64,000 nucleotides of DNA from positions 51,662 through 115,661 of the forward strand of contig NMRA01000831.1 of NCBI GenBank assembly GCA_002633005.1, given 5' to 3'. This stretch comes from Phoronis australis. Taxonomy: Eukaryota; Animalia; Phoronida. Both the position numbers and the translations under genes were made by a program. The notes under the pieces were generated by a model. The model was not told the DNA's origin. It saw nothing but the letters and a program-made list of their open reading frames with translations, and ran no database searches. Positions 1 to 12,415 of the stretch are shown piece after piece; positions within the stretch are counted from its first letter, which is position 1; every line of letters starts with the position of its first letter.

Positions 1-970
1 CTTTCCTGAAGTGGTATGAACTCACTAAAAAGGAATTTCGCAAGCAGTTCTGATAACCAAGAGCTGACAAGGTCAAGATGGCTTACCAGTTTGTGGCCCA
101 CCTACAGCACTACCCAGACAGATGAATCAACATGTAGAAATTTGATGAGTTGAGAGACCTGTTGGTACGTGAGCAGTAAAAGAAAAACCTGTGTAAGAGA
201 CCTGACCTTGTTCCTATGAGAGTGGACACCCAAGCCTGTTTCAGAGATGGTTGACTTGGAAGACAGGTATGCTGAGGCCCATGGAGTTGATGTATCAAGC
301 ACTCGGTCGTCAATAAAAGAGTCCCAAGAATGACTAGTCAAGCCAGACACCCAGAAGGTCGACCAAAAGAAAACAGACCTCACAGAGGAAAGCTAGGTGC
401 TTTCTCTGTCACAAAGCTGGACACTTGCCAAGAGACTGGTACACAAAAGTCAGCAGCAGTCTACCACCAAGGCTCCCAGAGTAAGGAGAGGGATTTGATG
501 AAGCGTGCTAACCCTGAAGGTGCCTTCAAAGGAAAGCTACATCTGAAGGACGGATACGTTGGCATGAAGAAGGTCTTGGTGCCGAGAGACAAAGGCTACA
601 CCATCAACCATTGTGATTCGATCCAGTTTAATTGAACTAAGAGTTATGACCTGCCCGAAGAGGTCATGCGAGTTGGCATACTCAACATAAAGACACCTTA
701 CAACATGGGAGAAGTGTTTGCGATGTGCATGAAACATCCAGTGGCAGAATCGATTATCGAGAACGTCACTGGAGCCTTGGACTCTGGGGATATTGAGCAA
801 CAACAGACAACAGCCTAGTGGAGGGTACAAAAGATGACCCTCAAGTGGGTACTAGTGTGGAAATTATAAGGAGAGGTGAATTTCAATGGAACCAAGTGAC
901 AGCAAAGAGAAAGAGACTGTATTGGGGAAAACAAAAGCAAAAACAAGACTGAGGACAAAGGTTAATCTAC
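1..970 (+). mobile_element. Degenerate Gypsy gag-protease fragment (duplicate of 15579-16560)
   Basis: LKWYELTKKEFRKQF, zinc-knuckle relic CFLCHKAGHLPRDW and protease-like VLVPRDKGYTI, broken by stops and frameshifts. Near-identical to 15579 onward. Confidence 0.75.
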
Positions 971-974
971 ATCC

Positions 975-2095
975 TGCCCCCCCCACGAAACCAAAAAATA
1001 TAACACCAGTCTAAACTGACAGTTCAAGAGGAAGTATGTCCAAAAACAACAGTGCTACAACAGTTAACGATAATATCCTGAGATGGGTTGTTTTCACGTT
1101 ACCACAAGAATAATTGTGATCCTTCTCTAATTAACCATCTGAGAGAAATGCGCGGGGAGTAACTGTAAACAGTAACAGTTTGTGGAGACTTTTGATCATG
1201 CACGGACCTGTGTGAAAGAAGCCGTCACCTGCGTAGGCAGCAAATACCAATCTAAGTGTAGTAGTTGCAGAGTCCTTTACGACAAAAAAGTGAGAAACAA
1301 GAATGCGAATTTTCTTCACTCCAAGGGTTTTCAAACTAGGCAAAACCTCAATATAACCCTTGTTGACATGCTCTTGATCTGCTGGTTTATTGGGGCAACA
1401 ATGTTTTAAGTTATTAAGATAGGGACGTCGATCACACCCTCAGATGTGGCAATGCCAATAGTAGATCCACCGACACGGTTAAGAGAAAAACTAACATGAA
1501 AGCCACTAACTCTTATGTCAACAAAATCATTGATCTGTCCTACAAGAACATCGGCAACACTTTTCCTCAAATAACTTCTCTGAGAACCCTCGTCAAAAAA
1601 TACGCATACCGTACAAACTTTACCGGTTGAACTGACTGCCTTTGCTTTAACAGTCTTTAACAAAACACAATTTGAATGAGTCAGCTGATCAGGACTCGAT
1701 TCATCCACACAACATGATGCCTGGGTCTCTGCTGAAGTAACACTAGGTTTGCTGCTATTGCTATGACTACCACACAAATGTTAACTGCAGTCAAGTTTAT
1801 CAGCTGAACGCGAACTCTGGTGATTATTGTATGATAACTGAACCACATGGACACTAGTATGGTGCAAACCACCACACTTATTTGTCGACTGGCAGGACCG
1901 CACAGTGTGACTAGACAGTAAAGACCGTTGTTGATGCCGTGCATCATTTTTTGTCATTAGTTATTGTGTTTTGTTTACTTATCACGCTGTTTATTTTCTT
2001 TATAGGTTGCAGTACATCTTTCGTCGTTGTGATTGGGTTTCTTTTAGTAAACCGGTTCATTCCAGTGACTACAATAGCATTTGCATAGTCTAATA
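975..2095 (-). mobile_element. Degenerate BEL/Pao LTR retrotransposon fragment (aspartic protease and start of RT)
   Basis: ORF 1406-1777 contains VLLKTVKAKAV...VFFDEGSQRSYL (Pao-type protease, D-x-GSQRSY). ORF 1131-1343 contains SHFFVVKDSATTTLRLVF...GPCMIKSL (Pao RT N-terminal motifs). Confidence 0.8.
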
Positions 2096-3444
2096 GCGGG
2101 ATAAGTTACGATTAAAACTTTGTGTAAATTGTTTTCGCCAACAAATTACGGTGAAATTTAGTTAGACATATCTTTACTTACTATTCTTCACGATTTAACA
2201 ATGTTCACCAAATTTCAGCCTCGCAGTTGTTACTCATTAAGTGATAAGTGTGCTCACAATTCCCGTTGGACTTCGTCTCATTTCTGGCGGCACCAACAAC
2301 ATGGCGACTTTTGCTGAACTGAAAGGCATGTTCAATCGGCTACTTTGTAATTTGTGAAGATTTAACGTTAATACATTTTGACAAACGTTGCTACAGAAAA
2401 AAAACACTTAATTTTCGTGTTTTTTGAGCAAAAATATAAGATATATTTGAATTATTTTACTGTAAATTTCCCATTCAGGTGATCTTACACTAAGCTAAAA
2501 AAATAGTTGAAATAATTTTGAAATGGTTTTTTGTTTGACTGTCAACTGCTGTTCAAGACTTGATTCGGTGTCACAAAATGATTCATATTTTTCTAAATTT
2601 TAAGTCTCAATTGCTTTCAAGTCATGTTTTGTAACTTATTGCTTCTTAAGTCAGGTTATCAAGTCAACAATATGAATAATCTTAATTTGAGAAATAAGCT
2701 ATGTTGGATTGTGAAGCTTCAAGCCTCTAATTCTTGTTCCTTGCAACTTCATATTTTTTTAAATGATGCTTGTCAAATTCTGGTGAAAGGAAACACTATT
2801 CCGTCACCATGGTAATAGTTACACGTATGTCCACTTTCTTATAATGGAAACTGTTGCTGTTGAATAGTGTTTGTAATGCTAAATGTTGTAAAGTATTGGG
2901 CATTTTAAGTTACTTATTATGCTAAAAGTTTGAATCATTTTGGGTTAATGAATAAACAAGAGCAACGCAGAGCGTTGAAATGCGCCCACACTTGCACCGT
3001 ATACGGTAACCTTCTAGGGTTGTTTATTGGTACCATAAAGTGGCCAGTAGAGGGTATATATGTAGTATGTTGTACTTTGCAAAATGGAAAGGCATGGTCA
3101 TTGTCTCCTCAATAGGCTAGGGGCAAAATGTGAGTGATCTTCACAGTACAAGCACATCCTCTACATCAGTTGCTTAAAGTGTAATTTGCAAGGTCCAAGT
3201 AAGTTAAATTGCAATAATATCTTCAAGGTATTACTATTTGGATGTATTTTATTTAAATCATCGTATTATTCTGTCTTGTTATTTTTAAAAAGCGAAAATA
3301 AGAAAATGCGCGAAAAGTTGACCTTTGACACCGTGACATGGTGTTGGGGAACACAAACCAGATCATATCCCACAACGCAGTTCACTGCTATTATATCACA
3401 GTACACGAAGAACAAAGACCGTTCAACCTTGGCGTGTTTTAGCC

Positions 3445-3688
3445 ATGGTGCATCTGTGTGTGTTCTAACGATTTTAACACCACTCAGGTGGAAGGCATGA
3501 GCCCATTTCAATTTTAAAAAGACAAGCATCTGGCTGCATAATGGCAGGTTTTCGTGTGCTCTGCTCGTCTTTTGAAAATGACTGTCGAGTCAGCCATCTG
3601 TCGGAGCCGAAATATGCTCCGACCATTTTGAGGACGGCTGCTTTGACGACAAACACATCATGAAGGTTGAAGCTGGTCTTATAAAAAA
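3445..3688 (+). pseudogene. THAP zinc-finger exon of Kolobok transposase (degenerate)
   Basis: Manual translation across frameshifts gives MVHLCV..CSN...GMSPFQF*KDKHLAA*WQVFV...ICSDHFEDGCFD, followed by a GTAAG donor at 3689. Confidence 0.7.
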
Positions 3689-4516
3689 GTAAGTTACCTT
3701 GAGAATTTTGATGTCTAATAATTCATGACGCTTTCGCAGTGCCTGAACAATAACAATCTTTTTTCACAACCATCGTAGTTCTCAAGTGTTTAAAATCTGT
3801 TGTTTTTCCGTGAAAGATTTAGTTATAAATGGATCAGTAAAACTAAAAGCCACAATAAATAAAGCTGATCTCAAAAGATGCATGTATTTTGAAGAGCATG
3901 CAGACTATGAATAAAGTAAAACAGGATGGTAACTCAATTCCAAGGTTTTGATTATTAAAGCAGTCTGCTTCAAAAAAAAAACAGGATTAAAATCTAGTTC
4001 TGGCATTTGCTTGAAGGTTATAAAAGAAGGCGAAAACTTGCAATTAGATATCATCGTGTTTTACTTTAATCATGGACTACTCTGGATTCAAAATGTTTTA
4101 TTTTTTTTACTTTTGAATTGCCGCTGCTGTGCTTTTCAGAGTATGTAAATGAAAGGAGAACACCTTCCACTTAGTGCGGAACAAAAGAGATGCTGGAGAT
4201 CTTAAAATTCACTTAGAAATTGATGCCCCTCCAATGCCGACTGCTGGTGCTCCAGATTTGTCCAAGGAGGATGCCGTGGCACAGATAAATTCAGACTTGG
4301 TGCTTTGTCAATAGACAGCACTGGAATTTCTTTCCGTCACATGTTTAACAGTCACTACCAATGTTTGAGATCAAATTTTTGATAGTGGTACAGATAGCAA
4401 TGCCAGAGTGTTTATAGTACCAGTAGTGGAAATTGTGAAAAGCTTTTGTGTGTGGCATTTGGCTGTCCCATTTCTATAGATAAACCCAGTGATATACTAT
4501 GTTCTTATATTGAAAC

Positions 4517-4663
4517 TAGTGGCAGATTTAGAGGGGGGCCATGCCCCCCTAAAATTCTCCCAGATTCCATTTGACTGTTCAGGGGTGCGAATGTCTGACG
4601 GGCAAAATCCTGACTAATACCATGCCCTGGCCCCCCTAACTCAAAATCCTGGATCCGCACCTG
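4517..4663. mobile_element. MITE with 5-bp TSD (hAT5-like)
   Basis: GAAAC on both flanks. Termini TAGTGGCAGATT / GGATCCGCACCTG with G- and C-run subterminal tracts. Confidence 0.65.
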
Positions 4664-5789
4664 GAAACATTTCAATGGTTCTTCAATACAATGACTATAA
4701 ATATTACGGCATCATAGCTTTTTTAAGTATATTAATTTTGATTTGCACTACACTGTTGCTGTCCCATACAGTGGGTCGGTATTGGAAGACTTTCTTAAGT
4801 GGGGGTGAAAAGGTACTTGTTTGGGTCGTCAGTCTTTTCGTGCGACAATCTCATCTAAATTGTACACAGAATAATCACTTGCACAGAATTCGAACATTGT
4901 CTTGGGAATTTTTGAGTGAGTGGTATCAGCACTCCCTACAGATTTCCCACTTCCTACTCATGTGCATACTTTTTGTGTTTTCATACCATGACATAGACAT
5001 CTAAAGCTATTGCATACTGGAGCTTATGGGTTGAGATTCAGTGGTTGCTGTGTCGTGTTATTTGATTTCTCATTGAATTACAGTAGAACTCGCTACGTTG
5101 TATCCAGTGAGACTGAGATATTTCATCAAAGTTAGAGTTATTTGGAGGCGTTACTGCGGAATTAATGCTAACCTTTCTAAAGTTCCCACTGAAGCGCTAC
5201 CAATTTAGAGAGTTCTACTGTATAAGAAGAGGGCAGAAGATTCAGTCTCGACTTCAGACTATGGCCCAGATTCAAAACTTTTAACTTTTTATGCAACAGC
5301 CATACTGTTCAATGTGTTCGCTTCAAGCACACAAACTGGGCTCCAATGAGACAAATTCCTCTGTTTACCTAGGTAAACCATAACTTTAAGTGATGTTGAG
5401 TTTAGAGGTTTATACATGTAGTCCTCGTTAAATTACACTTGTCCTGACCATGTTATCATAAGTAACCAGATTGATGAGCATCAATAAATGCTGCTCGCTG
5501 TGTTAATTATTTACCATTCTGAAACCACAGAAGTCTATTCATGGAATGCCTAATTCAATTTCATGCCGCTGAGGTTGCACTGCGATTGCATTCGTTTGTT
5601 ACGATGTTTGATCTTTCTATGGAATTTGTCACTACAACTTTTTGCAACTCGTTTGAATTACATAAAACTAGTTCCCGAGTCACAAGTTTTTATAACAGAA
5701 TGCATAGGTCATGTGGAGGAGTTGGCATTCCAGGGCTAAGACAACTGTTGATATCTATAAATGGGTGAAGCTTAAGAAAATCCTTGGAA

Positions 5790-6177
5790 CTCAAAAGTCT
5801 TCCTCATTTCCTGGCGGAGGGTAGAAAGCTCAGATGCAGGCTACTGCACATGCTAGAATGACAACACGGGCAGTTTGTCTTGAGTGACCGTGTACCCATT
5901 TTTGGAACTGTCTGTAGGCCACGTGTCAAATCCTTTTATCCAAGGGTCTGTCATAGCCATCAGGATATTGGCTTTTGTACTGCAACAATGCAGTCTCCAA
6001 AACACCACGATTGATGTATACAGGTTTAAACCCCCATGCTCCACAATACATTTTTTTCTTCGGTGTTAGTTGTCACGCTTCATTTCTTCATCAAGTTTTG
6101 CAACAACCTTGTCAACCTCTTGGCAACATACTCTTTCTTCAACAACTGAGGTTGTCTGACAGTTGCCCCAGGTGCAC
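5790..6177 (-). pseudogene. KolX exon 2, P2X7 C-terminal (ballast)-like cysteine-rich domain
   Basis: After acceptor TTGCAG: (W)CTWGNCQTTSVVEERVCCQEV...CIVEHGG(fs)KPVYINRGVLETALLQYKSQY...HVAYRQFQKWVHGHSRQTARVVILACAVACI*AFYPS. This fits the WCxCGxC...CC...AYRQF..W..G...R..IPxC..xxIR..FP pattern. Confidence 0.8.
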
Positions 6178-6739
6178 CTGCAAGATGTGTCAACAATAAT
6201 ACATTATTTCAGTAAACATCAAAATTTCATATTGAAAAATTTACCAAGAGTGCCTCTACCAAATTTAGGGGTCTGCATACGACTTCAGTTTTCAGGAAAA
6301 TTGATTGGAACATCACAACCTATTTATTTTTTGCACAAATTGATCATATATAGTAAAGATATTTACTTATCATACAAATGAATAGTGCTACACCCAAGGC
6401 AGTGGTAGATCATACCCGGGGGATATAGTAATGGACATTAGTTGTTTGATTTTTAGCTGACCCTAAGACAAAAGGTAGTTGCCCTGATTCATTGATGGAG
6501 GGGACTTTTTGTATGTAGTCGTGAGACCTGTTCTCCCAATCTGAATCCTATCGGCACCCACATACCATTAATCAAACTAGACAATGACAATGGGGCAAAC
6601 CAACTTGAAAAGCAGTGTTGCCACTCAAAGGGTCCCCCATATTTTAAATATTACAGTATACATTAAAACTTCTTGATATGCTATATGGGCAATCACCAAT
6701 CCAATGGTATGCTCTCTTTACTCTATAGAAACTTTACCC

Positions 6740-6930
6740 GGCGGTTCCTACCCAAGTCGACTCGTAACCAAGCCATGTACCATAAATAATGGCAACATTG
6801 GGTCAATGTACATCGACATGAAATGGTCGTTTCCATTTCAAGCATCGCCTTACAAAATAAAACTGTTTTGGAACACATGTGTAGATTGATATAGGTCCGA
6901 GTCGACTTGAGTACGAAAATGAAATGACTT
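6740..6930. repeat. Small inverted-repeat MITE-like insertion
   Basis: TACCCAAGTCGACTCG (~6749) is inverted relative to CGAGTCGACTTGAGTA (~6898). No TSD identified. Confidence 0.4.
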
Positions 6931-7428
6931 GTTCTATAACCTATAGAATTATGCCGTCCCCCAGCACCAAGGTGAGAAAGTCTAAATTATAAAATTGCAA
7001 TTCTTTCATCCTCTTCCTTACAATTCACAGTCGATTTTTCCAAAGTGGTTCTCATTCATTCCCTCGCATACATTTACTCACTCACTAGTAACACCCAGCT
7101 CGGTCTCGGAGAAGAAAGAGACAGTTTTGTTCAATGCTTATAATTGCATGCCAGTGAAACCCAGGATTCGAACCTGAGTCTCACGAGCTCAAATCACTGA
7201 GCCACACTGTCTACAAACAATCAGAGACATGACACTTTTTGAGTGATTTGCTAAAATGCAAAAAAATCCACTTTTATCACTGAAACTGGCATTTATCCAC
7301 GGCTGAAACACCATTCACCAATGGGGATATGGGCGCCTGGGACTGACCGGTAAAGCACCTACTTTTGAATTAAAAAAAGACCAAGTTATAATTCACGGTT
7401 GTAGGATACATATTGATAATATTCTTAC

Positions 7429-7713
7429 CAATCACTAACATCTCATCGCATTTCCTGCGCACCTTCAGCCTGTTGACGTTCACAGGACGAACCCGCTGGG
7501 AGTGAGTCTTCGGCGACCAGAGAAAGGGCCGTGAAAGAGATCGAGGGTGAACGGCTCCACTACAGAAAAGCTGTGAACACATATTGTTCCTCTGGGATCT
7601 GTCACCTCCACCTCCACGTCTGAAAGGTCGGAATCATCTGAAAAGTCCACCTGTCCGTCCCTGTATCGTTCAAAGTATTCCTCATCTACGCTGCTGTACT
7701 CACTTGGACACAC
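7429..7713 (-). pseudogene. KolX exon 1 (acidic N-terminus)
   Basis: Acidic ORF (EEYFERYRDGQVDFSDDSDLSDVEVEV...VEPF). After a frameshift it ends S-D-TG|GTAAG at 7429/7428, which joins G-TGC at 6177 to rebuild the conserved W-C codons. Confidence 0.6.
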
Positions 7714-8124
7714 ATTGTTCCCTTTGTGTTCCCCAACACCATGTCACAGATGTGCAACCAACGAAAATGGCGCCGTTTCTATTCTCCGTTACAACGATGG
7801 CGTTACAACACCACGGCACTAAATATGTAAATAACTTTGTATAGCGGCGTACAATTCAGTTAATGTTAAGAATATAGCAATGATAATTATAAACCAGAAT
7901 TTAGACCATATTGTTGTTCAGATTGGTTTGGACCTTGCAATTTCCTCTTTAAAGCACAACAGAAACATAGAATTAAAAACAAATTTACCAACATACGAGA
8001 TTAGCACAGCATTAGAATTCCAAAAACAAATTTCTACATGGAACTTTTCCTTCATAGTCACGAAGTAACACAAAGTATACAGCTGAAGACCTATGAAAAT
8101 ACAGAGGTCAATGTAAAATACTTA

Positions 8125-9520
8125 AATTGCCACTAGAGGCATACCGGTATTCAGAATCATCCTAAAGTCGTCATCGTCCGTTGTCAACATCACATAAATA
8201 CACTTGCTAAATTTAGTAAAGATCCTGCAAACGGTTTGGGAGATACAGCCATGGGCGCAAAAAAACAAAACTGCCACTAGGAGGCGCCACAGTAGTCCAA
8301 ATCGTCTGAAAATCATTGTCAGCTGTCTTCCTTATAGTAAGCACATACACGCCAATTTTCACAATCATCCTTTGAGCGGTTTGGTTGATAGAGGGGTGGA
8401 CGCAAAAATACAGACTCGAAAACAGTAAAAATGGCCACTAGGTGGCGCAAACTACGTCGAATCCATCTGAAAACAGTAGGATAGCGTCATCTCACTAATA
8501 GGTGCCTACATACCAAATTTCATGAAAATCCGTTCAATACTTTTGAAGATACAAAGGTAAGCGTAAAAAACTAAAATTGCCACTAGGGGGCACACCGGTA
8601 GTCGGATCCGACCAAAAGTCGTCATCTTCCGTTGTTAACATCATATAAATATACTTACACAATTTGTAAAGATCCTGCGAACGGTTTAGGAGATACAGCC
8701 ATAGGCGCAAAAAAACAAAACTGCCACTAGGAGGCGCCACAGTAGTCGAAATCGTCGGAAAATCATCGTCAACCATCCTCTACATAGTAAGCATATACAT
8801 GCCAATTTTCACAATCATCCTTTGAGCGGTTTGGTTGATAGAGGGGTGGACGCACAAAAACAGACTCGAAAACACTAAAAATGGCCACTAGGTGGCGCAA
8901 ACTATGTCGAATCCATCTGAAAACGGGAGGATAGCGTCATCTCACTAATAGGTGCCTACATACCAAATTTCATGAAAATCCAATAAGGACTTGTGAAGAT
9001 ACAAAGGTAAGCGTAAAAAAATTAAAATTGCCACTAGGGGGCACACCGGTAGTCGGATCCGTCCAAAAGTCGTCATCTTCCGTTGTTAACATCATATAAA
9101 TATACTTACACAATTTCGTAAAGATCCTGCGAACGGTTTAGGAGATACAGCCATAGGCGCAAAAAAACAAAACTGCCACTAGGAGGCGCCACAGTAGTCG
9201 AAATCGTCGGAAAATCATCGTCAACCGTCCTCTACATAGTAAGCATATACATGCCAATTTTCACAATCATCCTTTGAGCGGTTTGGTTGATAGAGGGGTG
9301 GACGCACAAAAACAGACTCGAAAACAATAAAAATGGCCACTAGATGGCGCAAACTATGTCGAATCCATCTGAAAACTAGAGGATAGCGTCATCTCACTAA
9401 TAGGTGCCTACATACCAAATTTCATGAAAATCCGTTCAGGACTTTTGAAGATACAAAGGTAAGCGTAAAAAATTAAAATTGCCACTAGGGGGCACACCGG
9501 TAGTCGGATCCGTCCGAAAG
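8125..9520 (+). repeat. Internal tandem array, ~451-bp unit made of three diverged ~150-bp monomers, each carrying GCCACTAGRNGGC
   Basis: Equivalent CACTAG positions at 8131, 8581, 9032 and 9483, with intermediate monomer motifs at ~8275 and ~8436. Confidence 0.9.
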
Positions 9521-10539
9521 TTCGCACATCCCGTCCCATTTATGAATGGAACATATGTGCCAAATTTCATGAACGTATGTCAAAGGGTTTTGGAGATAGA
9601 GCAGCAGACGCCGGACGGACACCGCACGGACGGACGGAGATGACGGCATAATGCGTCCATATATAAATATGTGGGCGCATAAAAATGATAATATGTTGTA
9701 TTGGACTTGTCATACTTATGTGCTCGAACGAGCCCCTTTTTGGAGAACTGTAAAAAGGTCTGCCTCAGTCACAGACTGAGCACGAATTCCGAAAAAAGTA
9801 GAAAATGAGACAATATTCCACTAGAAGACAGGAAGTACCAAAATTTAGAGTCTACAATTCATAGCTCTGAACATACCCACTGAATATTATAGTAAAAGAT
9901 AGACATTCCTAAAAATTCCAGCCCCCCCCATTCTTTTAGTCTTGGTGCGCTCATACAAAGTCTAAGAAAATCTCTATTGAAAGCCAATAACTTTGCACAG
10001 TTCGCCAGAAGTACCCAAGTTCTAAATAAACCTCGTTTGAGAGAGCGCTGTGGCCAGCGACCAGTTAGGCCTAAGGGTAGCCTTGGCGCAAAGCTGTATA
10101 GGCCTACTAACAAGCTGTATTTTGACGATAGTCTTCACAGTTGCTGGTGACTCAAGCTAACTAAGGTCTGCCGTGGCAGTGTGACACAGGACTAACCAGC
10201 CCGTAATTTCATGCAAGTGTCTGAAACTACCCTTGAATATATGCAGCAATTATGATTTGATCATTTTACTTCGACAAAACAGCTTGCAACCGCATGCATT
10301 TACCGTTCGCCAGTGTCTGGTCTCGATCTGCACCGGGTCCGATAGGCTGCGGTCCCGAGTCTGGCAAAATAATTTCTATCAAAATTTATTCGCCACATTT
10401 CTTCAGCAAATTCGATAAAACTGTCCGTAGTTTGATTTTATTAAAATTAAGGCGCGCTGTGGATTATTTTATCCCAGTTTGCTGGCTGGTAACAGTACAG
10501 GCACTGCTCCAGTTGCACTGACGGCGTTTTCTCGGCCTG

Positions 10540-10680
10540 CGTTCCTGAATGAATTGTACTTCCGGGTTCGCGGTAAGTTCAAAATGGCGGTAGTTCTTCG
10601 GGTGCGAATCGTGAGAGGCGCATTCATTTAAACTTTTTTTCGAGTACGGATCTTGTATTAGTTATGGGGTAAGTAATTCT
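10540..10680. promoter_or_regulatory. CpG-rich patch with ETS-like (ACTTCCGG) and YY1-like (AAAATGGCGG) motifs
   Basis: TACTTCCGGG at ~10557, AAAATGGCGG at 10581 and a GTAAGT donor-like site at 10669. No linked coding exon seen. Confidence 0.3.
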
Positions 10681-10897
10681 TGGATCCTGATAACATCCTC
10701 TAACCATGTAATAAGGGTTAACAACGCGCGAGATAACGACTTTAAGTATCTGTGGCTACAGATGCAGGTTTGACTTACTTTTCTTCCACGCAGTGGTCAC
10801 CAGAACCAATGTAGAAAGCAGACTGAGGTTGGTTTACCACATTACTCCTGTAAAATAAAAATTTAAATAACACGTAGCACCACAACTAATTAACAGC

Positions 10898-12415
10898 AAC
10901 AAGAGCAACGCAGAGCGTTGAAATGCGCCCACAATTGCACCGTATACGGTATCCTTCTAGGGTTGTTTATTGGTACCATTAAGTGGCCAGTAGAGGGCAA
11001 ATATGTAGTATGTTGTACTTTGCAAAATGGAAAGGCATGGTCATTGTCTCCTCAATAGGCTAGGGACAAAATGTGAGTGATCTTCATAATACAAGCACAT
11101 CCTATACACCAGTTGCTTAAAGCACCACAGAAACATAGAATTAAAAACAAATTTACCAACATACGAGATTAGCACAGCATTAGAATGCCAGAAACAAATT
11201 TCTACATGGAACTTTTCCTTCATAGTCACGAAGTAACACAAAGTATACACCTGAAGACGTATGAAAATATAGAGGTCAATGTAAAATACTAAAATTGCCA
11301 CTAGAGGCATACCGGTAGTCAGAATCATTCTAAAGTCGTCATCGTCCATTGTCAACATCACATAAATACACTTGCTAAATTTAGTAAAGATAATGCAAAC
11401 GGTTTGGGAGATACAGCCATGGGCGCAAAAAAAAAACTGCCACTAGGAGGCGCCACAGTAATCAAAGTCATGGGAAACTCACGAGTCAACCGTCCTCTTC
11501 ATAGTAAGAACATACATGCCAATTTTCACAATCATACTTAGAGCGGTTTGGTTGATAGAGGAGTGGACGCCAAAAAACAGACTCAAAAACAGTAAAAATG
11601 GCCACTAGGTGTTGCAAACTAGGTCGAATCCATCCGAAAACGGGAGGATAGCGTCACCGCACTAATAGGTGCCTACATACCAAATTTCATGAAAATCCGT
11701 TAAGGACTTGTGAAGATACAGAGCTAAAAGTAAAAAAATAAAATTGCCACTAGGAGGCACACTGTTAGGCGGATCCGTGCAAAAGTCATCATCAACTGTT
11801 TTAATATCATATAAATATACTTATTAAATTTCATAAAGATCCTGCGAACGGTTTAGGAGATACAGCCATAGGCCCAAAAAAAACAAAACTGCCACTAGGA
11901 GGCGCCACAGTAGTCGAAATCGTCGGAAAATCATCGTCAATCGTCCTCTACATAGTAAGCATATACATGCCAATTTTCACAATCATCCTTTGAGCGGTTT
12001 GGTTGATAGAGTGGTGGACGCACAAAAACAGACTCGAAAACACTAAAAATGGCCACTAGGTGGCGCAAACTATGTCGAATCCATCTGAAAACAGGAGGAT
12101 AGCGTCATCTCACTAATAGATGCCTACATACCAAATTTCATGAAAATCCGTTCAAAACTTTTGAAGATACAAAGGTAAGAGTAAAAAACTAAAATTGCCA
12201 CTAGGGGGCACACTGGTAATCGGATCCGTCCGAAAGTTCGCACATGCCGTCCCATTCATGAATGGAACATAAGTGTTAAATTTCATGAACATATGTCAAA
12301 GGGTTTTGGAGATAGAGCAGCGGACGCCGGACGTACGCCGGACGTACGCCGCCTGTACGGACGGACGGAGATGACGGCATAATGCATCCACATACAAATA
12401 TGTGGGCGCATAAAA
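10898..12415 (+). mobile_element. Non-autonomous Helitron/Helentron-like element (family A, copy 2, uninterrupted)
   Basis: Same 5' hairpin, subTIR, 451-bp higher-order repeat (~2 units), GGAC microsatellite and 3' hairpin ATGCATCCACATA...TATGTGGGCGCAT-AAAAA as copy 1. Confidence 0.8.

Larger units (their letters stand above)
3178..7948. mobile_element. Kolobok DNA transposon (degenerate), family 1
   Basis: TTAA TSD (3174-3177, 7949-7952) and AG...CT termini. Imperfect TIR AGTGTAATTTGCAAGGTCCAA / TTGGACCTTGCAATTTCCTCT. Subterminal inverted repeat TGACATGGTGTTGGGGAACACAAA (~3334, ~7722). The empty site GC-TTAA-AGCAC is present in the sister host element at 11117-11120. Confidence 0.85.
2955..9685 (+). 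mobile_element. Non-autonomous Helitron/Helentron-like element (family A, copy 1), interrupted by a Kolobok element at 3178-7948
   Basis: 5' AACAAGAG, hairpin CAACGC-AGA-GCGTTG and subTIR ATGCGCCCACA. Internal tandem repeat. 3' (GGAC)n microsatellite and hairpin ending TGTGGGCGCAT-AAAAA. Colinear with the uninterrupted copy at 10898-12415. Confidence 0.75.

Noticed and set aside
2097-2830. Abrupt sequence change after the duplicated block, suggesting another transposon
   Set aside because: No matching terminal repeat, TSD or coding relic found by eye.
7100-7210. GGATTCGAACC B-box-like motif suggesting a tRNA gene
   Set aside because: No cloverleaf; more likely a decayed SINE fragment inside the KolX intron.
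8125-12215. Regularly spaced GCCACTAG motifs resembling a CRISPR array
   Set aside because: The intervening sequences are themselves repeated (451-bp period), the context is eukaryotic, and there are no cas genes.
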